DNA of 64,000 nt from Bdellovibrionota bacterium (GCA_044345405.1 JBIJBE010000003.1:79751-143750), one strand, 5' to 3'. Shown: positions 19,107 to 29,023, counted from the first letter of the stretch. Made by a program: numbers and translations. The notes: a model not told the origin generated them from the letters alone.

Positions 19107-20342
19107 GTGTCGAGCGATGTTACGGATTTATTCATAGGCGGCCCCTTACGGTTGACGGGGCGGGTGCAGGAGTCGGCATGGGGCAAGGTAGGTCGAAGCT
19201 CTCGCATCTCTTCGATGGTGCCCGGACACGCGGAAAATGCCCGGCTCGCGGAGTTCTGGATCGGTGCGCATCCCAAGGCTCCTTCGCTCATAGAACTTCC
19301 GGACGGCAGCACTCTTCCGCTTGACGAAGCGCTCCGCCGATATCCTCAAGCCCTGCTCGGTGAAAGCGTTACTCGTCGTTTCGGGGCGAATCTTCCTTTT
19401 TTGCTTAAAATCCTTTCCGTGAATGGAGCGTATGGGCTTTCCATTCAGCTTCATCCCACCAAGGAAAAAGCCGCAGAGCTTCACCGTCGTTCCCCTGAGC
19501 ACTACCCTGATGAGAATCATAAGCCTGAGGTTGGTGTAGCGATCACTCCTGTATCGTTGCTGTACGGTGTGAAGGGAAGGGGAGAGCTGGCAAGTTTGTT
19601 CTCCGCGCTTCCTGACCTGAGACGATTCGTCGGTGATAGTGTTGTCGATCGAGTTGTACGCGGGGATGGCGCGGGAGACGCTGAGGTTGTGAAGGCGGTA
19701 TTCGAGACCTGCTTCGCGCTCGACAGCGCGGGGACACGAGCGTGTAATGAGTATCTCGCTCAGGTGCTCCCCCAGGCGGCGATGCTCAAGGCGGAATCCG
19801 CGCTCTTCGCTCGATTAAGCGGTACCTACGGCATGGAAGACCCTGGGCTCTTCGCGATGCTTCTCATGAATCAGGTTCATCTCGCGCCGGGGCAGGCGAT
19901 CTTTATCGGAGCGAACGTTCCCCACGCGTACCTTGAGGGTGATCTTATCGAGTGCATGGCGTGTTCCGATAATGTGGTTCGAGCCGGGTTAACCCCGAAG
20001 TATAAAGATGTTGAGACCCTGCTTGAGGTGATCGATTGTTCATCATCACTGAGCGGGATTTGTAACCCGGTGGTCGGAACCGACGGCTTTGAGGTCGTCT
20101 CAACCGCTACCGAGGAGTTTAGCCTCCGTATCCTGCCCAAGGGGGCCTCTCGCGCGGTCATTCCAGCGAGCGAAGCTCCTGCGGTGGTCTTCTGTGTTGG
20201 CAGTGGGGCTACGATTACATCTCATGATACGGGGCGTCGTGTTGACTTGGTGGATGGGGGGGCCGCGCTCTTGCCACCCCGCACAGGAGCGTATGAGGTA
20301 TCGACCTCAGAGGCTGCATTGGTGTACGGGACAGTAGGGTAA
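19107..20342 (+). CDS. manA: mannose-6-phosphate isomerase class I
   Basis: AEFWIGAHP, LPFLLKILS, LSIQLHP, YPDENHKPE, PHAYLEG, CSDNVVRAGLTPK; probable GTG start at 19107 with AGAGG. Confidence 0.9.
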   Translation: MSSDVTDLFIGGPLRLTGRVQESAWGKVGRSSRISSMVPGHAENARLAEFWIGAHPKAPSLIELPDGSTLPLDEALRRYPQALLGESVTRRFGANLPFLLKILSVNGAYGLSIQLHPTKEKAAELHRRSPEHYPDENHKPEVGVAITPVSLLYGVKGRGELASLFSALPDLRRFVGDSVVDRVVRGDGAGDAEVVKAVFETCFALDSAGTRACNEYLAQVLPQAAMLKAESALFARLSGTYGMEDPGLFAMLLMNQVHLAPGQAIFIGANVPHAYLEGDLIECMACSDNVVRAGLTPKYKDVETLLEVIDCSSSLSGICNPVVGTDGFEVVSTATEEFSLRILPKGASRAVIPASEAPAVVFCVGSGATITSHDTGRRVDLVDGGAALLPPRTGAYEVSTSEAALVYGTVG

Positions 20343-20445
20343 TCGAGGGTAGTGCGTGAACGGTTTTTTTTGAGCATATTAGAGGCGCTCTCCCATTGAG
20401 GTGTGGGGGCGTGGTGTGAGCTAACGTCAACGGAGAAAGGAGCCC

Positions 20446-21876
20446 GTGGTGCATCAAGGATTACGAGAGGCGGCTGAAATCATGAAGCGAGATGGCCTCC
20501 CCGCGCCAGTTGTCGCGAACTTCGAGCGCCTCTTCGAATGTGTTATCCGCGGAGAGACGGGTATCATCCAGGAGGATGAGATCGAACCCGTGGCCACTAT
20601 CGATACCCTTGAGGATCTCCTTGCGTCCGGGACCGCCAGCCAAGAGGGAATGAAGCTTCTCGACAAATTGGTGGTAGTGCGACTCAACGGTGGTTTGGGA
20701 ACGACCATGGGGCTTGAAAAAGCGAAGTCCCTCCTCAAGGTGAAGGACGGCTACTCTTTCAACGATGTGATAGCGCTTCAGCTCCGTGCACTCAGTAAGA
20801 GCACAGGGGTAGCGATACCGCTCATTCATATGACGAGCTTCTCGACCGATGAAGATGTGCGGCGTGTGATGAGTGAATACGGAGACCTGAGCCCTTCAGG
20901 ATTGCCAGCGACCTTTCAACAACATCGGCACCCCAAGGTCTACCTCGATACCTTAACCCCGGCGAAGGAGTCGAACGAGGATCTCAACTGGAATCCACCC
21001 GGACACGGCGATATCTATCCCTCGCTCATGGCAACCGGATTGGCGGAGACGTTGCTCGCGATGGGTAAGCGGTACCTCTTCGTCGCTAACGCCGATAATC
21101 TTGGGGCGACGGTAGAGCCAGCGATTCTTGGATACCTCGCTCGAACGGGAGCGCCCTTTTTGATGGAAACCGCTGAGCGAACAAAAGCTGACGCGAAGGG
21201 TGGTCATCTCGCTCGACGTCGCGCAACGGGGCGTCTCCTGCTCAGAGAGAGCAGCCAAGCCCCAACCACGGAGGCGGGAGATATTATTCCGCAATTCCAG
21301 GATGTCTCCCTCTATCGACACTTCAACACCAATAACATCTGGCTCGACCTTCAGGCCGTAGTCGAGGTGGCGCGAACCCATGAAGGGACCGTTCCGTTGC
21401 CCCTGATTAGCAATAAAAAAACGGTGAACCCTCGGGACAAATCAAGTCGCAAGGTTGTGCAGATAGAAACCGCGATGGGCGCGGCCATCGAGGTGTTTGA
21501 GGGGAGTCGAGCGCTTCAGGTTCCACGGTCTCGTTTCGCGCCGGTGAAATCCAATAACGATCTCCTCGTCGTTCGCTCCGACGCCTATGTCCTGAACCCT
21601 AACTACACGATGACGGTAAATCCCGAGCGTAAGGCCGTGGGCTTGCCGTTGGTTTCGCTCGATACAGCGCACTACGCGTTGATCAAAGAGTTTGAACGGC
21701 GGATGAAGGTCGTGCCGTCCCTTGTGCATGCCGAGTCGCTTACGGTACAGGGTGATGTGACCTTCGACCATCCCGTAGAGGTGATGGGGAGGGTGGTTGT
21801 GAAGAGCTCGGATTCGAGCCCGAAAACTATCCCAGCGGATATTGCGCGGGTTGAGTCTCGGGAGATCGTCCTTTAG
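20446..21876 (+). CDS. UTP--glucose-1-phosphate uridylyltransferase, eukaryote-type (UDPGP family)
   Basis: RLNGGLGTTMGLEKAKS, WNPPGHGDIY, NADNLGA, KGGHL, FNTNNIW, ETAMGAAI, RFAPVK. Confidence 0.92.
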   Translation: MVHQGLREAAEIMKRDGLPAPVVANFERLFECVIRGETGIIQEDEIEPVATIDTLEDLLASGTASQEGMKLLDKLVVVRLNGGLGTTMGLEKAKSLLKVKDGYSFNDVIALQLRALSKSTGVAIPLIHMTSFSTDEDVRRVMSEYGDLSPSGLPATFQQHRHPKVYLDTLTPAKESNEDLNWNPPGHGDIYPSLMATGLAETLLAMGKRYLFVANADNLGATVEPAILGYLARTGAPFLMETAERTKADAKGGHLARRRATGRLLLRESSQAPTTEAGDIIPQFQDVSLYRHFNTNNIWLDLQAVVEVARTHEGTVPLPLISNKKTVNPRDKSSRKVVQIETAMGAAIEVFEGSRALQVPRSRFAPVKSNNDLLVVRSDAYVLNPNYTMTVNPERKAVGLPLVSLDTAHYALIKEFERRMKVVPSLVHAESLTVQGDVTFDHPVEVMGRVVVKSSDSSPKTIPADIARVESREIVL

Positions 21877-22091
21877 GAGTATCGTTTTAGCCGCCCTCGT
21901 TTTATCGCTGACGCTGACACTGACGCGGACGTCGCCGTAACTCGCGATCGAATACGAAAGGGGTCCTACGTGGTCTTCCCATCCCTCCCTGACCAAAAAA
22001 CCAATCCTTTGCACAGGGCCCACCGCGGTTTACACTTACAGAGAGCGTCCCTCTGGGCGCCGGCCTACATTTTTATCTGAGAGCGAGCCCT

Positions 22092-23516
22092 TTGGTTACC
22101 AACTTCCCCGTACCGCTGACTGACTATGGGGATGAGCACCTACTCGGGTTATGGGAGGTGTTGTGGCACCGGGTAGGTGTTGAGCCCCTTAACCTCTTCG
22201 CTACGATCATCTTCTTCTGCGCGATCCTTCACACATTTAGCGCCTCGTGGTTCCTTCGTCTCGCAAAACGGCGAGAGGAGCGGGAGCACATCTCGTGGCT
22301 TGAACGATCGGATAGAGGCGAGGAAGGGGAGCCTCCTCTTAGGTTCTTCACCGTGCTCCTGCATTATCTCGGGGAGCTTGAGGCGGTATTCGGCCTCTGG
22401 ATACTTCCCTTAATCGTCGCCATAACGGTGTCGAAAGGATGGGGTGTCACGAAGCATCTCCTGGAGCAAACGGTCCATTTTAACGAAGCTGTGTTTGTGG
22501 TCGTCATCATGGCGATCGCCTCATCGCAACCGGTGCTCTACATCGCGGAGCGGGTTCTCTCCACTCTCGCTCGGTTGGTAGGGGGGACTCCTGCCGCGTG
22601 GTGGGGAACGATTCTGATCGTTGGGCCGATCTTCGGATCGCTCATCACCGAGCCAGCGGCAATGACGATCTGCGCCTTGCTCTTAGGGCAGCACTTCTAT
22701 CGCTATAAACCCTCCAAGACCTTGGCGTACGCGTCAGTCGGCCTCCTCTTTACCAACATCTCAGTCGGAGGTGTGTTGACGCACTTCGCCGCTCCTCCGG
22801 TGGTTATCGTCGCCTCCACGTGGAATTGGGATACCCCTTTCATGTTCGCGACCTTTGGATGGAAAGCGTTGGGGGCCGTGTGCTTCTCCACATTCGCCTA
22901 CCTGTATCTTTTCCGTAGAGAGTTTCAGGCTATCGCGAAACGGGTTCCTCCCTTCGATGCCTCTCACCCCGTTCTAGAAAAATCTGTGCCGCTTGGGGTA
23001 GTGCTCGTGAACCTTCTCTTTATGGCGTGGACCGTACTCAACGCTCAGAGTCCTCAGCTGATGATTGGCGGGTTTTTATTCTTCCTCGCGTTTGTCGACG
23101 CCACTCGCCACTTTCAACGGGCAGTATCTCTCCGTATGCCGCTCTTGGTTGGCTTCTTTCTCGCTGGGTTGGTGGTGCATGGAACCTTTCAGGTATGGTG
23201 GATCGAGCCGCTCCTCAATCGACTCGGTGAGGGGTCGCTTTTGTTGAGCTCCGTGTTTCTTTCCGCGTTCAATGATAACGCCGCTATTACCTATCTCGCC
23301 TCCCTTGTGCCGCACTTTTCAGATGAACTGAGATATCTGGTGCTCTCCGGCGCTGTCGCGGCTGGAGGTCTTACGGTACTCGCGAACGCCCCTAACCCCG
23401 CTGGAAACGCGTTGCTCGCGCGATACTTCGAGGGGGGCATATCTCAAGCGCTCCTCTTCCTTGCGGCGATCTTCCCACTTGCGGTAAACCTGATGTTCTT
23501 CGTCAGTTTCCGGTAA
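22092..23516 (+). CDS. putative Na+/H+ antiporter (DUF1504 family)
   Basis: LGELEAVFGLW, GSLITEPAAMT, NISVGGVLTHFAAPPV, DNAAITYL, GGLTVLANAPNPAG; many TM helices. Confidence 0.88.
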   Translation: MVTNFPVPLTDYGDEHLLGLWEVLWHRVGVEPLNLFATIIFFCAILHTFSASWFLRLAKRREEREHISWLERSDRGEEGEPPLRFFTVLLHYLGELEAVFGLWILPLIVAITVSKGWGVTKHLLEQTVHFNEAVFVVVIMAIASSQPVLYIAERVLSTLARLVGGTPAAWWGTILIVGPIFGSLITEPAAMTICALLLGQHFYRYKPSKTLAYASVGLLFTNISVGGVLTHFAAPPVVIVASTWNWDTPFMFATFGWKALGAVCFSTFAYLYLFRREFQAIAKRVPPFDASHPVLEKSVPLGVVLVNLLFMAWTVLNAQSPQLMIGGFLFFLAFVDATRHFQRAVSLRMPLLVGFFLAGLVVHGTFQVWWIEPLLNRLGEGSLLLSSVFLSAFNDNAAITYLASLVPHFSDELRYLVLSGAVAAGGLTVLANAPNPAGNALLARYFEGGISQALLFLAAIFPLAVNLMFFVSFR

Positions 23517-23525
23517 GGAGCTCGT

Positions 23526-24404
23526 GTGACACATCCCCGTTTGAACGTTGTTGGGTGCGGACGCCTCGGTCAGGCAATCGCGCGTCTATTGATCGCTCGA
23601 GGGCTCGTTCAGGAGCTACATCTCTGCAATCGCTCTCAGGAGTCCGGTGAGCGGGCTGTCGCCGCGATAGGAGTGGGGACGGCGCACCCAACGATATCCG
23701 ATCTTCCCGCGAGCGCGTTGTGGCTTATCGGGTGCGGTGATCAGGCGATAGAGGGGGTCGTCGCGCGTATAGCGGAGGAGGGCGCGCTCTTGTCGGACGC
23801 CGTGGTCTTCCATTGTAGTGGATTCCTCAGTTCGGATGTTTTGCGGGCGGTAAAGGAAAAGGGTGCTCACATCGCGAGCGTTCATCCCGTTCGGAGCTTC
23901 GCGAATCTTGAGATGGCGGTGAGAGACTTTCCCGGCACCTTCTGCGGCGTCGAGGGCGAGGCGTATGCCCAAGAGGTTCTGCGGGTGATGTTCACGAAAC
24001 TTGAGGGAAAGGTGTTCCACCTCTCAAAAGAGGGCAAGGTGTTGTGTCACGCCGGTCATGTATTCGCGAGTAATTACCTCGTTTCGCTGCTCGAGTGCGC
24101 CAATCGGCTCTACGCTGCCGCGGGGATCCCTGAGGAGCTGTCGTGGCAGCTTATGGAGCCGCTTGTACGCGGGACCGTTGATAACGTGATGCGGCTTGGT
24201 CCATCACAAGCTCTTACCGGTCCGATCGCTCGAGGCGAGAGCGGTGTCGTCGAGCTTCAAGCCAAGGCGGTCGCTCAACGAGACGCTCTGCTCGGGGAGA
24301 TCTACGCACGACTCGGCCTCGCGGCGGTCGATATAGCTCGGATCCAAGGACTCTCTGATGAGAAGGGCGCGTTAGTTCGACGCGTGTTGGAGAGTGATCG
24401 ATAG
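23526..24404 (+). CDS. Rossmann-like + DUF2520 oxidoreductase
   Basis: VGCGRLG, FHCSG, SVHPVRSF, FASNYLV, ALTGPIARG. Confidence 0.88.
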   Translation: MTHPRLNVVGCGRLGQAIARLLIARGLVQELHLCNRSQESGERAVAAIGVGTAHPTISDLPASALWLIGCGDQAIEGVVARIAEEGALLSDAVVFHCSGFLSSDVLRAVKEKGAHIASVHPVRSFANLEMAVRDFPGTFCGVEGEAYAQEVLRVMFTKLEGKVFHLSKEGKVLCHAGHVFASNYLVSLLECANRLYAAAGIPEELSWQLMEPLVRGTVDNVMRLGPSQALTGPIARGESGVVELQAKAVAQRDALLGEIYARLGLAAVDIARIQGLSDEKGALVRRVLESDR

Positions 24405-24410
24405 AAAACA

Positions 24411-24680
24411 CTATCGCGCGATAGTGCTGCTCGCGAAATAGTGCCGGTATACCATGAGGATGATCACCGCGCCGAGTATCGACGCGAGGAGGCTGACCGG
24501 AGCTTGAGGCCCATACATGCCGAGCGCTCTGCCCAGGACAGTTCCGAACAAAGCGCCGGAGATCCCTAGGCCTGTCGTCACGAGGACCCCGATTTCATCT
24601 CCTCCCGGAAGGATAGTACGCCCAATCAGGCCAACGAAGAATCCGATGACAATTGTCCATGCGACGAGGAACATGGTCAC
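24411..24680 (-). CDS. GlsB/YeaQ/YmgE (transglycosylase-associated) small membrane protein
   Basis: IVIGFFVGLIGRTILPG...GISGALFG...SILGAVIIL pattern. Confidence 0.85.
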   Translation of the reverse strand: MTMFLVAWTIVIGFFVGLIGRTILPGGDEIGVLVTTGLGISGALFGTVLGRALGMYGPQAPVSLLASILGAVIILMVYRHYFASSTIAR

Positions 24681-24754
24681 GCCTTGGAGAAAAGGAAAAA
24701 GAAAAAGCGAGGAGACCTACCTGGTAAGTCCCCTCGCTCGTCACGTCAGATGAG

Positions 24755-25453
24755 TTATCCGATGTGTGGAGGCAGCGCGTTTCGAAGTTGGTTTACCTCT
24801 TTCTCGAGATCGCTTGGCATGCGAGCGGTGAGGTTCGCCTCCCTGGTTCCGTAGAACGCTCGCTCGTCAGACTCGTCACGGGAAACGTTCACCCCATCGA
24901 TGCTCGCTCCCAAGAACAGCCCCTCAGCTCGCTGGTATCCGATGACCTCCGCTTGCGGAGCCTCAAACGTTTTGTCGAACGTTCCCGCTACCGCGCTGAG
25001 CTCTCCACCTACCTTGAAATTACCTCGACGCAACGCGTCAGCGGCCTTGTCGCTCGTGAGGTAGAGAACGATGTCAGCTGACTTCACACCAGCTTGAACA
25101 CCGATACTTCCACCGGTGAGATTGAGGAACATCGGATTCTCCCACGTTCCCGCGGAGCTCTTACAGAACCCCACACCATCTCCGTGCGTTCCACCGAGTC
25201 CGGCTGAAACTGTTACGGTCTTAGGAAAGATCGCCACGCATTTCGTCTTATCCAAGACCGATTGAGGAACCTTTCCCATCTTCCCCTCGGAGATCTGTTG
25301 GTACACGGTGGTGGATTCTTTTAGGTTTGTTTCCGCCTCTCGAAACGCGCGGCTGCTTCGATCGATCTTCATCTCCTCCTCGGCTGCTGAGGCGGACACG
25401 AACGGAATTGTGAGTGACATGAGTGCGGTGAGGTACAGCGGCGATCTATTCAT
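24755..25453 (-). CDS. SYLF/Ysc84 lipid-binding domain protein, secreted
   Basis: Signal peptide; GLGGTHGDG, GGSIGVQAG, GLFLGASIDG motifs. Confidence 0.88.
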   Translation of the reverse strand: MNRSPLYLTALMSLTIPFVSASAAEEEMKIDRSSRAFREAETNLKESTTVYQQISEGKMGKVPQSVLDKTKCVAIFPKTVTVSAGLGGTHGDGVGFCKSSAGTWENPMFLNLTGGSIGVQAGVKSADIVLYLTSDKAADALRRGNFKVGGELSAVAGTFDKTFEAPQAEVIGYQRAEGLFLGASIDGVNVSRDESDERAFYGTREANLTARMPSDLEKEVNQLRNALPPHIG

Positions 25454-25632
25454 AGTGGTCTCCTAATCAGGTGAGATGAAAGAAATAGGGGGCACGTCCG
25501 TTGCTTCAAATACATATTCTTAGCGTTCGGGACGTCGCGCTCCCGTCGTTCGCACGATTCCGCAGGAGTGGGTCAGTGGCTATGATGGTGGTCAGGCCGG
25601 CGTGTGTGAGTTGTGATCTGCCAGCGGTCAGG

Positions 25633-26436
25633 TCACAGGGAGGAGCCGCGCGATGCTTCCAAAAGCGCTCGTTGATAGCTCTCCGCGATCGTAATCATAG
25701 GGGCCCAGAGCTGTTTCGCCCGAACCCCGGGCCCCTCAACGAGCTCCCACTCTGCGACATCGGGTGGCAGCTCTGAGTACAGCTCATCGAGTGGTTTCTG
25801 GTTATTGAGTTGGTAGGGGTTCGTCTGCTCTAGAAATGAAGCAATCTCATCCAGCGTTGCGCCCCGTTTGCGCATAGATCTGGCCTGAAGCGATAGCTCC
25901 CCGCAGCGTGTTGCGTACTCGCGTAGTTGATCGATAGATCTCTGACTCTGCTTTCGTAGTTGGGTGATAAATTCAGAGGTGTCGAGGAGGGTGCGCAGCT
26001 CGGCTGCGATGTGGGGAGGAAAGGAGTCCTGGGCCGACTCTGCGATCCCGAAAATCTTCTGTCGGTAGTTATTTATGAAGTACACCACGAAGAGGTTCTC
26101 CGCGAACTGGGTTGGATCGGGATGTGCAACCATCTCCTCTACGCACCATAATACCCCTCCGCGGGTGAGGCCGTAGGTCGGTCTCGCCTTTCGAGCTTTA
26201 AGTTTCGTTATTCCCTGACTCGTAGCGGCTGTGAGGGCCCGAGCAAATTGCATATTCTCAAGTCCCGCCGTACCTCCCCCAAGGGGTTGCCAACACCATG
26301 CGTAAAAGAGATCGAAGAAGAATTTCACATCTCGTTGGCGAAATCCCTCGCTCCTGTACGCGACGTGGGCGGCTAGAAAGGAGGCCGCCATCACTTTTTT
26401 GTATCGGGATGCCAGGGCGCCGTGGCGAAACTTCAT
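25633..26436 (-). CDS. hypothetical protein, possible winged-helix DNA-binding N-terminal domain
   Basis: Divergent from the desaturase pair; FARALTAATSQG...RKARPTYGLTRGG resembles the PadR/MarR recognition helix-wing-YxLTxxG pattern; helical C-terminus. Confidence 0.65.
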   Translation of the reverse strand: MKFRHGALASRYKKVMAASFLAAHVAYRSEGFRQRDVKFFFDLFYAWCWQPLGGGTAGLENMQFARALTAATSQGITKLKARKARPTYGLTRGGVLWCVEEMVAHPDPTQFAENLFVVYFINNYRQKIFGIAESAQDSFPPHIAAELRTLLDTSEFITQLRKQSQRSIDQLREYATRCGELSLQARSMRKRGATLDEIASFLEQTNPYQLNNQKPLDELYSELPPDVAEWELVEGPGVRAKQLWAPMITIAESYQRALLEASRGSSL

Positions 26437-26518
26437 AACAATGAGACATTTTAAATGAAGCGCCTAACGCCGCAGAAGTCACCATTATATGGTTTTTAAT
26501 GCAGTAGTGGGGTGCTAC

Positions 26519-26531
26519 GTAACAATGTTAC
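26519..26531. promoter_or_regulatory. palindromic operator candidate in divergent promoter region
   Basis: Perfect GTAACA-A-TGTTAC; second palindrome ACCAT-TAT-ATGGT at 26481-26493, both in the AT-rich intergenic region. Confidence 0.4.
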
Positions 26532-26680
26532 CAAAATAATAGCGCCATTCCTCCGGTCCTCGCAATAACTTTGTATGAGAACGACGTCGCGTTGAAGGCC
26601 CGATGCGATAACGCTCTCGAACTTCCCTGAGTTTACGGGTCGGGAGACGCCGGAAACCAAGGGCTTAACGGAGATATGGT

Positions 26681-27745
26681 ATGTCCGCTACGAAACCTAC
26701 ATGTCGAGAGATCTGGTGTGAGCTCAAGGGGCGCGTTGACGAGGAGTTGGCTCGCGCAGGGGCAATCCGACGCGCGCCCGCCTCTATCTGGATTAAGGTC
26801 TCCCTCTTACTTCTCTCCCTGGCCGCCAGCTACACGGGGATTATCCTCCTACAACCCGGTCCCCTCTGGCTCCTTTTGTGGGCGCAGGCCGGAGTCACCA
26901 CCTTCTTTCTCATGGTGTGCGCTGCCCACGACGCCTCGCATGGGGTACTCAGCGCCTCCTCACTTCTCAATCGCATCGCGCTCCTGGTGACCTTTGGGCT
27001 CCTCGGCATCGATGGAGCGTTGTGGGGAGTGCGGCACCGGGCCGCGCATCACGCGCATACCAACGTTTCGGAGGTTGATCCCGACTCATCTCCGAATCCA
27101 TTTTTGCGACTCTCTCCCCACCATCCATGGCGACCGTGGTTCCGTTTTCAAGCCTACTACGCAATCCTTCTCTATCCACTCGCGCTCGCGCACACCGCCA
27201 TCATTCAGGATTTTGAGCACCTCGTGTGCCGGTCGCTCCCCTATGTGGATAAGCTTCCGTCGCGCCGAGTGGCGTTCCTTAGAGCTCTTCTCATCAAGAT
27301 TGTGTATCTGCTTGTGTTCGTCATCCTTCCGTGGAAGTTTCTGCACGTGCCCTTGGTGTGGGTGCTCGTGGGAGTGGCTACTAAATTTCTCGTCGCCTCG
27401 ACGGTTTTCGTTCTGACTATTTGTCTCAACCACTACGTTACCGAAACGACCTTTTACGATACGACCTCTCACCCTGCTGAGGATTCACACCTTATGCATC
27501 AGCTCCGCTCCTCCGCTGATTGGTATCCTACAAGTTATTTCTGGTGTTGGTTGATGGGTGGAGCCAATGCGCACACCGCGCATCACCTCTTCCCCAGTGT
27601 GAGTCACGCACATTATCCGGCGATCTCCCGAATCATTGAGGAGACAGCGAAGAAATATAACCTTCCCTACAACAACTTTTCCTTCGCGCAGGGGCTACGA
27701 TCTCACTTCACGTTCCTTAACGCCTTAGGGAGGTACACTGTATGA
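26681..27745 (+). CDS. membrane fatty acid (acyl-CoA/lipid) desaturase 1
   Basis: His boxes HDASH, HRAAHHAHTN, HTAHHLFP; TM segments. Confidence 0.92.
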   Translation: MSATKPTCREIWCELKGRVDEELARAGAIRRAPASIWIKVSLLLLSLAASYTGIILLQPGPLWLLLWAQAGVTTFFLMVCAAHDASHGVLSASSLLNRIALLVTFGLLGIDGALWGVRHRAAHHAHTNVSEVDPDSSPNPFLRLSPHHPWRPWFRFQAYYAILLYPLALAHTAIIQDFEHLVCRSLPYVDKLPSRRVAFLRALLIKIVYLLVFVILPWKFLHVPLVWVLVGVATKFLVASTVFVLTICLNHYVTETTFYDTTSHPAEDSHLMHQLRSSADWYPTSYFWCWLMGGANAHTAHHLFPSVSHAHYPAISRIIEETAKKYNLPYNNFSFAQGLRSHFTFLNALGRYTV

Positions 27746-28782
27746 ACACCAAACGCACAGAAGATGATCTTCGCAGAAAGGTGCAGAGATGGGGGCGTGC
27801 GCTTCGCGGCTTCCCCAATCCGACTGCGACCTACTGGCTCTTCATCGGGGTGGTCGTGGCGGTTACGTGCGCGGCGCACCTCACCTACATCACCTATTTT
27901 CGCAACGCGGTGCTCACCTACATTGCGGCTACCGTCGCATACTCGGGGTGGACGGTGCTTGCGATCTCCCTCGGACATCAAGCCTTCCATGGTACCTTGA
28001 TGCGAGATCCAGGTGCGTGCCATCTGGTGGGATCGGTCCTCTTTGTGCCCCTCGGCGTCGATGGAGAGTTGTGGGCTCTGCGACACGTTCGTGACCACCA
28101 TCCCGCGCCGAATACCAAAGGATTCGACGCCGATATCGACAATCCCCTTATCTTTCGGTTGGCGCCGTATACGGAGCGTCGTTGGTACCATCGCTTCCAA
28201 CACCTCTACGCTCCGTTCGTGTACTCTATCGGCGTTTTGTATACAGCGCTCGTGGATGACTTGCGCGCGGTGATTCGCGAGGCCTCGGCGCTTCCCCGTG
28301 ATAGACGGGGGCGTCTCTACCTCCGTTTCGGTTATAGAAAGGTTATGTTTGGGCTCCTCTGGGTCGGACTCCCGATGATAGCGGGGGCCCCGTATTCTGC
28401 GGTGGAGTATTTTCAGATCATGCTTGTCGCCACCATGCCAAGCGCGTGGCTCTTTCTCCCCATAGCGGCAGCTCACCTTAACGAGCACACGCAGTTCTAT
28501 GCCCAGCAGGATGGGAAGAGCTTTTCTGCCCTACAAGGCGAGACAACGATCGACTTTGCGAATCGAAGCCGCTTCATGACCCACCTCTACGGTGGACTGA
28601 ACTGTCACTTGGCGCACCACCTGTGGCCAAACGTAGCATCGTGTCACTACGGTGCGATGTATGATTACCTCGAGTCGCTCGGCGCGCCGGAGCCCCTTCG
28701 ACCCATTAGCGTTTCGTTTGGAGAGCTCTTCGCCTCACACTTTCGGTTCCTTCGACGAATGGGGAATGGTCAGGTGCGATGA
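27742..28782 (+). CDS. membrane fatty acid desaturase 2
   Basis: His boxes HQAFH, HVRDHH, GGLNCHLAHHLWP; ATGA overlap with upstream paralog. Confidence 0.92.
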   Translation: MNTKRTEDDLRRKVQRWGRALRGFPNPTATYWLFIGVVVAVTCAAHLTYITYFRNAVLTYIAATVAYSGWTVLAISLGHQAFHGTLMRDPGACHLVGSVLFVPLGVDGELWALRHVRDHHPAPNTKGFDADIDNPLIFRLAPYTERRWYHRFQHLYAPFVYSIGVLYTALVDDLRAVIREASALPRDRRGRLYLRFGYRKVMFGLLWVGLPMIAGAPYSAVEYFQIMLVATMPSAWLFLPIAAAHLNEHTQFYAQQDGKSFSALQGETTIDFANRSRFMTHLYGGLNCHLAHHLWPNVASCHYGAMYDYLESLGAPEPLRPISVSFGELFASHFRFLRRMGNGQVR

Positions 28783-28954
28783 GCGAAAGCCGATGACGAG
28801 TTCCGTTGACGGTATATCGGGAACCGCTAGACGTAGACGTGGTACGTTGTGCGTCTTACGTGGGACGTCGACGTCGACGACTCGAATGTTTGCTACTGGG
28901 ATAGGAGCGATACTAGGATTGCAAAGGGAGAAACGCCTTTGCCCGTTCCACCTT

Positions 28955-29011
28955 CGCCCCTGCGGGGCTACGGCGGACAAGCACTCAAATCTTGGCGAAG
29001 CCAAGTTTGAG
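28955..29011. repeat. short palindromic elements 3' of tRNA-Thr(TGT)
   Basis: CCTTCGCCCCTGCGGGGCTACGGCGGACAAG (related to the nested inserts at 7003 and 11346) followed by hairpin CTCAAA-TCTTGGC-GAA-GCCAAG-TTTGAG. Confidence 0.55.
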
Positions 29012-29023
29012 TAGGAAAGCGAC

